A program made the position numbers and the translations under genes. From assembly GCA_010093995.1 (NCBI GenBank), contig ML992505.1:1879533-1909311 (forward strand): a stretch of DNA of 29,779 bases. The letters are read 5' to 3'. Positions 11,016 to 21,484 of this stretch are shown one piece after another. Source of the DNA: Elsinoe ampelina. Its lineage: Eukaryota. The notes below the pieces were generated by a model. That model ran no database searches. It was given only the letters and a program-made list of their open reading frames with translations, and had not been told where the DNA came from. The first letter of the stretch is position 1. Every line of letters starts with the position of its first letter.

Positions 11016-11168
11016 GACGACTAATGATGTGTATGCATGATGACGATCTTTTTGTTGGGTAGAAGGGGGAAAGGCATGGCATGGCGACAGGTATCGTACT
11101 TTAGCGTTGTTTGGGGCAAGTATACATTGTAGCGAAAAGGGTATCATTAATCCGTCATCCATCTACGA

Positions 11169-12929
11169 TTACTCCTTTCTCTCCCTCTCCCTCTCCCTCC
11201 TCCTCCTCCTCCTCTCCACCTTCCCCATAGCCTCCCTGGTCAAATCCTGCCTAAACATCCTCTCCCTAACCTCCTTCTTCCTCGTCCTCTTATCCCCCAT
11301 CGAAATCAACACGCCTCCCGTGGCATTACACGCCAGACTACAACACAGCAACACGGTCGTCAACGTCACCGGGCGCACTTTATAATCGATACTCCACGTG
11401 CAGATCCCGAGCGCGAGCTGGAAGATGGAGTGGAAGTCGAGGATCACGACGATGGCGACGAGGAGGCGGCGGGGAAAGGCGGAGTGGGTTTCTGTTTCGT
11501 GGGGTTTGTAGAAGGTGTGCGATTTGGAGAATTGGAGTTGGTGGTGGTTGAGTTGTTGTTGTTGGTGGGGTGTGAGGACGGAGAGGTACTCTTCGTCGTC
11601 GTGGTCATCGGCAGTGGAGGAAAGGGGAGGGGTGGGAGCGCGGGCGGCTTCGAGGTCCCGGGGCACGTCGAGGGAGATACGCGTGGGGAGGTCGTTGTGG
11701 TTGGGGAGTTTGGGGAGTTTGGCTTTCTTCCGTACGTGCCAGGTCAAGTGGTGGTAGTGGGCGATGTAGATCATGTGGTAGGTATCGACGATGCGCCAGG
11801 GGATGAGACCGTCGCCGACGATGGCGAAGAGGGCGACTAGGACGTTGTCGATTATGTTGATAATGTAGTCGCGTCGTTCGCCGAGATTGATCCAGCCGAT
11901 GAGGAAGAGGACCCAGGCGAGGCCGAAGACGAAGAGGAGGAAAGCGTAGATGGTGACGAATGCGCCGAGAGGGCGCCGGACGTATTGCCCGAAGCCTTTC
12001 ATGCCGCGTTTGAAGGCTGCTCGACGGGAGTGGAGCATGTGTCGGACGTGGTCATTGAGTTGGTCTTTCTCTTGGTCGGTCCAGCCGTCGAGAGTGATGC
12101 CGTGGGGGAGGACGGCGTAGTGCGAGTCGGAGAGACTAGAGCGGATGGTGTGCAAATCTTCTTGGTCCGCCATGCGCTCGAGATCGTCTACAGCTCCAGC
12201 AAGCTTTTCGTCTTCTGCAGGAGTAGGTTGTCTAGACAGCCGCGCAGGCATGGCGGAAAGGTTGTACGTTGGCCTGCGATTGATCCACGATCCGAGATCT
12301 GGCACGAAGAGAAAATTCTGGACATTGGTGAGGGTGGACAGAGTAGCGACCTCGGGATCTATCACGTCAAGTAAATTGACCAGATCGGAGTCATATTCTG
12401 GCTGCGAGGCCGATGAACTCGCTCTGGTCCTCCTGCGATTCTGGATGTATGATCTGCCTAACCCGTCCAATGCTCTTGCTCCCAGGCTCTTGCTCAGCTG
12501 GAGTTCGGCATGCTCTTGACCAGGGGCATCCGCACTCGACGATCCATCCTCGGTTGCTATGACAGGAAAAGGTTCGAGGTCGCGGTCCACTGCACTGGTC
12601 GGATTGGCTTCTTCTCTGAGCGTTGGCATGTGCCCTGTTGGTGGTGCCCCATCTTGTCTCGTGTTGTTGGTCGTGGAGTCATCCTCGTCCGGGTCGAACA
12701 CCACCACAGGTCGAGGCTCCGAACTGCTTCTACGTCTGGTTGCAAAGTCGAGAGTGGCGGTGGGTTGAGGTTCTGGGGTGGCAGACCTGGGTTGCTCGGG
12801 AATAGGTGCTTGTGGTATAGACTGGATCGAAGACCTCCTTCTGATTCCAATGCTCGGTCGACTCGCCTGTCTTGTCATTTGCAGTCTTCGAGGACCACCC
12901 TGAGACGCACGCGACCCAGGTGGATCCAT
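11169..12929 (-). CDS. DUF2985-family integral membrane protein
   Basis: 586-aa ORF. A disordered N-terminus is followed by hydrophobic helices (PLGAFVTIYAFLLFVFGLAWVLFLIGWI; IIDNVLVALFAIVGDGLIPWR; LLVAIVVILDFHS; VLLCCSLACNATGGVLI), a pattern I recognise from fungal DUF2985 proteins. Confidence 0.8.
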   Translation of the reverse strand: MDPPGSRASQGGPRRLQMTRQASRPSIGIRRRSSIQSIPQAPIPEQPRSATPEPQPTATLDFATRRRSSSEPRPVVVFDPDEDDSTTNNTRQDGAPPTGHMPTLREEANPTSAVDRDLEPFPVIATEDGSSSADAPGQEHAELQLSKSLGARALDGLGRSYIQNRRRTRASSSASQPEYDSDLVNLLDVIDPEVATLSTLTNVQNFLFVPDLGSWINRRPTYNLSAMPARLSRQPTPAEDEKLAGAVDDLERMADQEDLHTIRSSLSDSHYAVLPHGITLDGWTDQEKDQLNDHVRHMLHSRRAAFKRGMKGFGQYVRRPLGAFVTIYAFLLFVFGLAWVLFLIGWINLGERRDYIINIIDNVLVALFAIVGDGLIPWRIVDTYHMIYIAHYHHLTWHVRKKAKLPKLPNHNDLPTRISLDVPRDLEAARAPTPPLSSTADDHDDEEYLSVLTPHQQQQLNHHQLQFSKSHTFYKPHETETHSAFPRRLLVAIVVILDFHSIFQLALGICTWSIDYKVRPVTLTTVLLCCSLACNATGGVLISMGDKRTRKKEVRERMFRQDLTREAMGKVERRRRRRERERERKE

Positions 12930-13271
12930 GTTGTAGCTGTCAGCCGTCGACGATGTGAGGGATGTGTGGTCATAAACGCATAGGGAGGGTCACGTCCATT
13001 GGGACAAGTTTGAAGGGAAATACACATTACTGCAGCGTTTGGATCAAACCGGATCTTAATAATAGGCTTGCTTCTGAACCGCTAATGCTCATCGGCACAG
13101 GGTATGTATTGTATGTGGGCTCCGAAAAGGCCGAAGAAGTGAAGATTTTTGTAATGTTTGATCCGGAACTTCCGCGCTTCAGACGTCATCGTCAACACAA
13201 AATTACCTTATGGCCGGATACGAAGGGTCATATATTTCCGTCCACATAGTATTACAGTACTCGTATGGAAT

Positions 13272-14607
13272 TTACAACTTGGCGAGTCGCTCGTTGACAT
13301 GGTATTCGAATGCTTTGATCGTCTCCTCCACCTTGACATCTCCCGGTGGCAAGACCTGGCTACCAAAGACTCCGCACACACCACCCTCTCTATCAATAAA
13401 CTGGTATAGTCAGCCCATGTACAAGTTACCACTAAGTGGTAGAACACTCACCCAAAAGCAATTGGGCATGCCGCTCCAGATCAAGGTATTCTTCTTTCTC
13501 CTGCCTTGGTTGTCCTTTTCTACCAAAATTCCACCCAGCCCCCAGTCATACTGCTCTGAGTCGGGAAAGTCACCGATGAACATGGCCACAATCTCGGGCG
13601 TGTTGACTTGTTGCTGGAGAGCAGCCCGGCTCTCGGGTGTCAGCTGTGGTTGGAACATCTGGTCCACCGTCTCCTTCTTCAATAGCTTTTCGTCGTTGCG
13701 CAGGATGCTTTGAAGGACTTTGATGTATTCTTCAATGGTGCAGAACCCACCATGGCCACCGAAGCAATCTTTTGATCCGTCATTGAGGAACGGCAGTGGA
13801 TAAGGAACGACCTTGCCACTCTTCTCGTCGCGAGCCGTCAATTCCGCTTGTCGCTTCTTCATCTCTGGGTACTGGTCGGGGAAAAATGTAAAGTCCTTGA
13901 CGCCCAATCGTGGCCACATGTTTTTACGCATGTACTCTTCCAGCGTCTGACCAGTGACACGTTCGAGTACACGACCTGCCCAGTCTATCCCAGTACTATA
14001 GGTCCAGGATGTTCCAGGTTCGTAGATCAATGGATATGTGAAGCGGTCTTCGAATGTGCCTCCGCCTGGCGCCTTACCACGGTACTTCTGGACCTTTGGC
14101 AGCGTTGGATGCCAGGCATCATAAGCACATCCAGCAGAATGGGTCAACAAGAGTCTTTTCAAGAGTCAGCTCACGTTAGGACATACCTAATGGCCATTAC
14201 ATACCTCAACGTCAACTTGCCCTTGATCGGCACTGTGGTTGGCTTGCCGTCTTCCGCGACATCCTGAAGAACACCCTGCTCAGCCAGTTCGGGAATGTAT
14301 TTGGCAACATCGTCATCCAGACCAATCTGCCCCTTCTCAACAATCTGCAAAACGGCAATCGTTGCAAGCAGCTTGGTCATGGACGCAATTTGCAGGACTG
14401 TGTTGAGCTTGAAATCTTCAGCATCGTCCGACAGGCCAGTCTTGCCGAAAGCTTTGGCGTATGAAAGCTTGCCTGTCCATGTGTAAGTATTGGACATCAA
14501 GTCACGTTTCTATATCGTATACCATCCTTGTCAACAGCACTCAGGGCGCAGCCGGAGTAGACTCCATCTTGCACCGCCTTTTCAATCAGTTGCTCCAACG
14601 CCACCAT
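13272..14607 (-). CDS. Beta-lactamase/transpeptidase-like serine hydrolase (LovD/EstB-like), 394 aa, 4 exons: 14607-14523, 14472-14205, 14154-13452, 13400-13272
   Basis: Catalytic SxxK (ASMTK), LLTHSAG, EPGTSWTYS, WGLGG and WSGMPNCFWFID motifs. Three GT..AG introns of 50, 50 and 51 nt with branch-like CTTAC/CTGAC splice into one open frame ending ...ERLAKL-TAA. Confidence 0.9.
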
Positions 14608-14967
14608 TGCGTATACTTTGGATGTCTCAACAAATACTGGTGCCGGAATTATTATTGAGTGCGAGATTGGATCTGGGACCACGACCAAGTAATATATTAT
14701 TAATGAACTTGGTCTTCGTCAGATGTAGCATATGGACAATGGACATTAACTTACATGCATCCCCGCGACAACCCCTCCATCGGATACTAATGCCGAGGTC
14801 TACCGTATCAGGAAGGTGGCGGTACAAGCCCTGTGATCTGCTCACCAACCTAACCTTATCAAGCCTCGTGCCTGGATCCTCACTGTTGGGATGATATCAC
14901 ATCATAAGGTAAGAAGGGCTTCAATTTTGCCTTCTTCTTCTTCCGTTGTGCAACAATCACGTCGACT

Positions 14968-16764
14968 ATGGAAAAGGGTCAGTCACACGCGGAACTAGGC
15001 ACTTCAATGCAGCCAGCTGCTGCTGCTGTGCAACGAAGATCATGGCGTCTCGTTATCTTCTGGCTGGCCATGACCGTCTTGGTCACCAAATTTCTGGTCG
15101 ATTGGGATTTTGGGATGCTTCCTTTCAAGGACGACGGACTGGATCTGTCGTCGCAGTGTCCCCAGGTCGATGCATTGAAGCCTGCGATCCAGTCTGAGCT
15201 ATTCTCAGATCTGGACGAGAAATTGGCTTCTGCAGACTTCCGCGATGCTTCAGTCAAGAGGCTTTCGGACTTGGTCAAGATTCCTTCCATTTCCTACGAT
15301 GATATGGGAACAGTCGAGAAGGATGAGCGCTTCAAGATCTTCTACGACGTCGAAAAGTACCTCAAAGAGACCTATCCGCTGGTTCATAGTAAACTTCAAA
15401 AGGAGAATGTCAATACTCATGCTCTCCTCTACACCTGGAAAGGTAGTGACGAGACGCTCAAGCCCACCGTTCTCATGGCACATCAAGATGTTGTACCTGT
15501 CGAGAAGAGCACTATTGATACCTGGACTCATCCGCCTTTTTCTGGTCACTATGACGGCAAGTACATTTGGGGTCGTGGTGCCTCGGATTGCAAGAATCAG
15601 CTCACTGCGGTTTACGAGGCCATTGAATCTCTTCTAGAAGTCAACTATCAGCCCAAGCGGACTGTCATCCTGTCCTTTGGGTTCGATGAAGAGATCTCAG
15701 GCACTCGTGGTGCGGGCAGTCTTGCCGCACACATCCTCGACCGTTACGGAAAGGATTCAGTCGCAGCCATCATCGACGAGGGCGCTGGCAGAGAGCTCAA
15801 ATGGGGCGCTGGCTATGCTGCTCCTGCAGTAGGTGAGAAAGGCTACACGGACGTACATATCACGATCCGTATGCCAGGTGGCCACTCCTCTGTACCATCA
15901 CCACACACTTCAATCGGCGTGCTCAGCGAACTCGTCACTCTGATCGAGAAGGACACCTATCGCCCATACCTCGCCAGCAACAACCCCATCCTCGGCCAAC
16001 TGCAATGTGGCGCCAGGTACTCGCCATCGTTCCCAAAGAAGCTTCGTCACCTACTTTCTCACCGCGCTCGACATCCATTGACCGTGTCCCCCAATTCATT
16101 ACCTTCATGCGCTAAGCACTCTGTGGCGCACGATCCGCTTGCCGAGGCCGCTGCTCAGGAAAGTCCTGCAGTCCGCTACCTCATGCAGACCTCGCAAGCG
16201 GTCGACCTCATCTCGGGAGGTGCCAAAGTCAACGCTCTGCCAGAACTCACTTCTGCAGTCGTCAACCACCGTGTCAACGTCGGCGAGCATCCCTCCGTTC
16301 CGCAAAAGCGCATTGCCCACCTCGCCGCAAAGGTCGCGCACGCTCACAATCTTACGCTCTTCGCCTTCCCGGAAGACGAATCAAAGATTGGCGGTCGCAG
16401 CATCCTTCTTTCTGCGAGCCAAACTACGCTCGAACCCGCGCCATCCACACCGATCGACAACTACGTCCCTGGTACTGAGAAGCTAAGCCCTTGGGGTGTT
16501 CTGTCAGGCACGACTCGTGATTTGTATGGCGAGGAGATTAAGATGGCACCAGGTATGACCACCGGTAACACTGACACGCGGTATTACTGGGACTTGTCGA
16601 AGCATATCTTCCGTTACGGACCAGGGTGGGATCCAGAGGACGACGAGTTCGGGTTTGGAAACATCCACACCGTGGATGAGAAGCAGTCTGTCACTGGCCA
16701 CGTCAACGCTGTGAGGTGGTTCGTCAAGTGGATTGGTAACGTCGATGGGGCTGAGTTCGAGTGA
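14968..16764 (+). CDS. CPS1: Vacuolar carboxypeptidase S (Gly-Xaa carboxypeptidase, peptidase M20)
   Basis: N-terminal type II membrane anchor and M20 motifs MAHQDVVP, WGRGASDCK, FDEEI, DEG, GGHSS, GNTDTRYY, IHTVDE. Confidence 0.93.
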   Translation: MEKGQSHAELGTSMQPAAAAVQRRSWRLVIFWLAMTVLVTKFLVDWDFGMLPFKDDGLDLSSQCPQVDALKPAIQSELFSDLDEKLASADFRDASVKRLSDLVKIPSISYDDMGTVEKDERFKIFYDVEKYLKETYPLVHSKLQKENVNTHALLYTWKGSDETLKPTVLMAHQDVVPVEKSTIDTWTHPPFSGHYDGKYIWGRGASDCKNQLTAVYEAIESLLEVNYQPKRTVILSFGFDEEISGTRGAGSLAAHILDRYGKDSVAAIIDEGAGRELKWGAGYAAPAVGEKGYTDVHITIRMPGGHSSVPSPHTSIGVLSELVTLIEKDTYRPYLASNNPILGQLQCGARYSPSFPKKLRHLLSHRARHPLTVSPNSLPSCAKHSVAHDPLAEAAAQESPAVRYLMQTSQAVDLISGGAKVNALPELTSAVVNHRVNVGEHPSVPQKRIAHLAAKVAHAHNLTLFAFPEDESKIGGRSILLSASQTTLEPAPSTPIDNYVPGTEKLSPWGVLSGTTRDLYGEEIKMAPGMTTGNTDTRYYWDLSKHIFRYGPGWDPEDDEFGFGNIHTVDEKQSVTGHVNAVRWFVKWIGNVDGAEFE

Positions 16765-18518
16765 GACTATACGAGCCAGAGAAGCAAAGTGTGAGGCGAG
16801 GGCGCTTCAGATTCAGAAACAGCGCGGAGATACCCTTTCTCGATCTATCCTCTGTAGTGGTAGCCGGAGCCGCAGATTGTCTCGCAACCATTCTTTTGCC
16901 GGAAGGTGGAGCCATCACTTGTGGCTGTAGGGTGAGGGCTCCAATCAATTACTTTCCATACTGAACCGGAATCATAACGTGAAGTCTGCGAGATGTTGAC
17001 CAGGAGACCTAAGTAAGGGTAGATTGTGGCCTTAGTCATGACCGCTTCCACGGCAGTGCATCTACTGGCAGCATGGTACTTTTACTCTTACTCGCATCTC
17101 ACCGCTGTGCTGATACGTGCACATCCCGTGGCGGGCCATATGCCGGCCTGGAGCCGAATGGAAGGTCGTGCTGGAGCCGGTTACCGTGACCGGGAGGCCG
17201 CCATCCATGCCCAGAGTGTTGATGATGACGAGATCTTCGAATCTGTATGCAAGACAGAAGACGATTTCAACGACGATAGAGGAGGCTCGGATTAACTCCA
17301 AGTCAAAGCTCAAGGATATCGGCCGGAGAAAAGATGACACTGGACGCCACGGGCAACCGCATCAGAAACGTCCGTCGCAGACCACGACACGCTGATCTTC
17401 TGCCTCTTCCATCTATTCAGGATCAAGCTTATTCCCATTCCAAATCCGCTTATTTGTGGTTGATGAATCTCAGACTCTTCCCTGCTTGCCACATGCTGAA
17501 AGAGGATGGGTTGCCATTTCAGTGACCTTGACATCTGGAACAAAAAGGACCGTCTCGCTGGTCGTGGACTTCAATAGTGCTTCCATCATGCTCAAGCGTC
17601 CATGGGATTCCTATCTCAAATCATGCTAGCGGGTATCGATTCTACCGCAGACGCTAAGACTTCTGTCAACAACGGCGACATTATTTCACCAAGGATTGAG
17701 CTGTTCTCCGTCAGCTACACGGTGATGGAGGCGCTGACCTCTTTGACGCTGACTTCAATCAATTGGAGTGCACAGCAGTCGAAGATATCGCTTCACTCTT
17801 CGATCCCAACCAAGTCAATGGCTGGCACGAGCTGAGGGCACGTGGCGAGTGGCGTCTTCATCACCACTACCAGGGTCCTGGAGTCACTAGCTCCATTGCC
17901 CCTCGATCCATCGACCCCATTTTCAGATTACACAAACCTCTATACACGTGAAGGGCGAGCCAATTCTTGTTGATTACTCTCTTGCCAATAATGGCCAACG
18001 GTCGGACCAACGGAGACCTCTGGACGTCATTTCCTCAACGCTCTTTAAAGCGCTACTTCCAATCAGAAGGAGGCGTTGGAATGTCTTGTGCCACTAATAC
18101 ATCGAGGAGACTACTGGGCACCTATCGCTGCCATTCGTTTTCTAGCAACGCCTCTCCCATCGTCTCTCCCCGAGCCGCATAGCACTATCCATTGTGGCCA
18201 AATGTGGCCATGGCATGGAAGCAGCGATTCTCTCGGCATGACAGATGCCGCGGTGGATCCAGATGCCGCATCGTGTGGATATCCCCGTAGTACATGAAGA
18301 ACAGGTTTGCCAAACTCAGTCCTTTGCTCCTTGCATTACAGTTTTCCAATCACGCTCTTTCTGCCCCCCGCCTCCAGTCGTTCTCTTCGGCCAGTGCCTG
18401 CACTGTGCCGCCACACCTTCTTCCCCTGCGTTTCTCGCGACACTCATCCATTCCTCAGGATCCACCCACATACAACCCCCCGGAACCCTCTCCGCTACTT
18501 TCACTGCAGTCATCCACC

Positions 18519-19652
18519 ATGACGAGCCTCGAAACGATCAGTTGGACATGGTACGCCTTTGTCGCCATTGTCATGGTGGCCAGATTCGTCTCTCGTATCT
18601 TGCACATGGGCTCCATCAAAGCTCTACAGGTCGATGACTGGCTCATGTGGCTGGCATTCGCTGCCTATACCGTCGATATTGTGGTGCTCAACATTGTGGC
18701 CGTCACCCCGACGAATCTCTTCGCCCCTGGTACCGATGTCTCAACCTTCACCGAGGCCGATTATGCCCTCCGCGTCTACGGAAGCAAGATGACCGTCCTA
18801 GTCGAGCAAATGCAGTGCCTTGTTGTCTGGACCGTCAAGGCTTGTCTGCTCATCATGTACCTGCGCATCACTCAAGGTCGCAAGGAACGTGTATGGCTCA
18901 TGGCACTAGCAATCTACACTGGCGTCACTTTTGTCATCATGGAGATTCTCTATCTCGGTGTCTGGTGTCGGCCGATCACAAATTTCTGGGCTGTACCGAC
19001 CCCCAATATCCAATGCAGCGCTGCGACGAACCATCTCATCACAAACGCTGTCGTCAACTTGTCCTCGGATGTTCTCCTACTGGCTATTGCTCTCCCGATC
19101 TTCCTCAAGACACAGATGGCTCCTCGTAAAAAGGCCGCCATCTGCGTTGTATTCGGCCTCGGTATCTTCACCATCATCGCTGCTGTGCTCAACAAGTACT
19201 ACTCCTTCACCAACCCCTTCGGCTCAGACTGGACTGAATGGTACTGTCACGAGTCGTCCACCAATATGATGGTGGCCAATCTGCCCTTCGTCTACACACT
19301 TCTGCGTCGTCTGTTCAAATTCAAGTCGCTTGACTCGAGCTACAAATATGGCACAGACAGCAAATTCAAGTCTGGCAAGACTACCGGCAAAATGGCCACA
19401 CTCATGTCCAGGAGAGGTGGGAACACTGTCATTGACGAGGCAGAGAGGGGTCTGAAGGACAACCCGATCACGGTAGTGACAAACATTGAGATTGAGGAGG
19501 AGAAGGAAAGCCTGGATGGGGATAAGAAGCAGTACGAGATGGACTTTCTCGGTGGTGGCATGACCGACCACATCGTCATCACTGGCAATGCTGGACCGTC
19601 TGTAGAGAGACTTCAAGTACCGCCTCCTGCGTCGAGGAGACCGAGCAATTGA
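18519..19652 (+). CDS. PTH11-like (non-CFEM) fungal rhodopsin-domain 7TM membrane protein
   Basis: The likely start is MTSLE (CACCATG context) inside the 452-aa ORF. Seven hydrophobic segments carry family motifs ARF..R, DDWLM, WTVKACLL.MY.R, C..I..FW, NLSSDVLLLAIALP, KK..I..VFGLG.F and E....VANLP. Confidence 0.88.
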   Translation: MTSLETISWTWYAFVAIVMVARFVSRILHMGSIKALQVDDWLMWLAFAAYTVDIVVLNIVAVTPTNLFAPGTDVSTFTEADYALRVYGSKMTVLVEQMQCLVVWTVKACLLIMYLRITQGRKERVWLMALAIYTGVTFVIMEILYLGVWCRPITNFWAVPTPNIQCSAATNHLITNAVVNLSSDVLLLAIALPIFLKTQMAPRKKAAICVVFGLGIFTIIAAVLNKYYSFTNPFGSDWTEWYCHESSTNMMVANLPFVYTLLRRLFKFKSLDSSYKYGTDSKFKSGKTTGKMATLMSRRGGNTVIDEAERGLKDNPITVVTNIEIEEEKESLDGDKKQYEMDFLGGGMTDHIVITGNAGPSVERLQVPPPASRRPSN

Positions 19653-20089
19653 GCTGGGAGCTTGGGAACAGAGGTGTACAGTACTCGAACCAAGACTGAA
19701 ACAACATTGGCAGGCAGCAAATCTTTTCGTTCTTTCTGTCAAGATACCACAATAGATCAATTGTACAACAACAAATTTCAGTTACGACCTTTACCGACGC
19801 TCGGTCTTGTTCTTGGGTGTGAACGATGACGCCTCGGTGTTTGGGACAATGACGCATGGATACATTCTGCAGTACGACGGGGCAATTTTGCGGCGCAGTA
19901 CTGCTTTATACTTGGGGCACGCCAGAATGACCGAGTTAGTGGGTGAGTGCTTTCTTGATATATAGAATCATGGGTCCCCGTCCATCGTACGGTAAGTCAA
20001 TTACTGGACAGTCACAATCACCTCACGGTGACAGTCTCAATCAGTCGTCTTTCGTTCGAACACTATCGTGTGCCACCACCTCCGACCTG

Positions 20090-20658
20090 ACCCGTCTGCG
20101 CTCCATCATCGCGGAGAACGACTTCAAAGTCGGGACCGGTTTCGCGGGCACCCCGCAGTTGGGCTTCGCGTTGGCGCAGTACGGCGCCGTGCCGGATTTC
20201 TACAAGATGTTGCTCCAGACCGGCGTGCCGTCCTGATTGTACCAGGTTGTGCAGAATGGGACGACGACGTGGGAGAGTTGGGATAGTCTTTTGCCCGATG
20301 AGACGGTGGACCCGGGGGAGATGACGAGGTTTAATCATTATGCTTTTGGGAGTGTGGCGGATTGGATGCATGGGATTATTGCTGGGTTGAGGCCGGGGCG
20401 CCGGGATGGAAGGTGATGGATATTGCGCCGGTGCCTGGTGGGGGGTTGACGAGTGCGGAGGCGAGGTTCGTGAGTCCGTTTGGGGTGGTGGGGAGTGAGT
20501 GGAGTGATGATGCGCAGGGGTGGTGGTTGAGGATGACGGTACCGGCGAATAACAGGGCGAGGATGAGGTTGCCGGATTGGGAGGGGGGGAGTGGGGAGGT
20601 ACAGGAGGTGGGGGGTGGGGTGAGGGAGTGGAGGACTGAGGGGTTGAGGCCCGGGTAG
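20090..20658 (+). pseudogene. C-terminal remnant of a GH78 alpha-L-rhamnosidase
   Basis: Reads FKVGTGFAGTP..LLQTGVPS*LYQV..GTTTWESWDSLLPD..PGEMTRFNHYAFGSVADW, then after a 1-nt shift APGWK..IAPVPGGGLTSAEA..SPFG..VPAN. TGA at 20234-20236 replaces the conserved Trp. The frameshift lies in the G run near 20395, and no N-terminal part is present upstream. Confidence 0.9.
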
Positions 20659-20776
20659 ACGAGGGAAACGAGAAAGATGGAGAGAATGAAAAAAAAATCA
20701 CCATCGCGATGGCCTACGAAGTGACCGAAACAACATGCTTGAAGCAGCTCAACTATCTCTCCTTCTTTGTGGTGGA

Positions 20777-21484
20777 TCAGGCAAAGGTACCGCTCATCAT
20801 CAACGACCCAAACCCGGCCGAAACACCATCGACCTTGTGCTGACGACTGCGTCGACGCTCCAACAGTCCTAGGAGGGTGATGAGTATGGCCAGCTCCTCC
20901 TCCCGCGAGACCGCGCTCTGCCACTCGATTGTCCCCTGCTCCTTGGAAAACGTCGAACTTCGACCCGCGAATTGAAAGCGGCATACATCGGCTTCTGTCC
21001 CTGTGTCACGGAGCATCCACCCGTCGTTTGCCTTGCCTGTGGCCAATCCACTCCATGTGAAATTCCTGGGATCGGAAGAGCCAGGTACGTCGAACGAGCA
21101 CTCTTCAAAATCCTTGCTCATTATCATTTCGGACCAGACTATGTCTTTTTCAGATATCGGACTGATGCAAAAGTCGACTGCTTTGTCAAGCTCGGTTCTG
21201 GTTCGTGCTATCATCCTACCAGTGTTGTCGGAGCCTTCGTAAAGGTATATCTCTGGCATGTTGACGCCTGATTGGATCTCGACGCAGAAACCTTCGCCTG
21301 CTGTGGATAGGAGACGCATCAATTTTGGTAGCTTGAGGGAGCTGCCTTTCTCGAGAGTGAGCTTGGGTAAGATACCCGTTGTTCGTTGCGATTGTGTGGC
21401 AGACTGGCTTGTAGTTGTGTCCATTTCAGGCCCGTGATCGTTACTTCTCTCCGAGTCATTCTTGACTTTGTCGAGTAAAGGCAT
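20777..21484 (-). CDS. Uncharacterised fungal protein (beta-rich core with FTW motif and C-terminal helix; possibly tubby/LURP-like fold)
   Basis: 235-aa ORF with natural composition: IYLYEG..., CSFDVP..RNFTWS..WMLRD..VCRF..GTIEW..EEELAILITLLGLLERRR. The fold assignment is inference. Confidence 0.65.
   Translation of the reverse strand: MPLLDKVKNDSERSNDHGPEMDTTTSQSATQSQRTTGILPKLTLEKGSSLKLPKLMRLLSTAGEGFCVEIQSGVNMPEIYLYEGSDNTGRMIARTRTELDKAVDFCISPISEKDIVWSEMIMSKDFEECSFDVPGSSDPRNFTWSGLATGKANDGWMLRDTGTEADVCRFQFAGRSSTFSKEQGTIEWQSAVSREEELAILITLLGLLERRRSRQHKVDGVSAGFGSLMMSGTFA

Noticed and set aside
11169..11220. CT-rich simple repeat
   Set aside because: It simply encodes the R/E-rich C-terminus of the DUF2985 protein.
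14155..14204. Second AG/GTATGT donor-like site inside intron 2
   Set aside because: Its use would leave a 32-nt intron, which is implausibly short.
18294..18518. 75-aa N-terminal extension of the PTH11-like ORF
   Set aside because: It is a pyrimidine-rich, 5'UTR-like stretch with no CFEM cysteine pattern; the ATG at 18519 has a better context.
13272..19652. Hydrolase + peptidase + PTH11-like genes as a secondary-metabolite cluster
   Set aside because: No PKS/NRPS/terpene backbone gene, transporter or regulator is present in the window.
20234..20236. Rhamnosidase TGG>TGA stop as RIP leakage
   Set aside because: The change is not in the dominant TpG>TpA context, and the surrounding DNA is not TpA-enriched.
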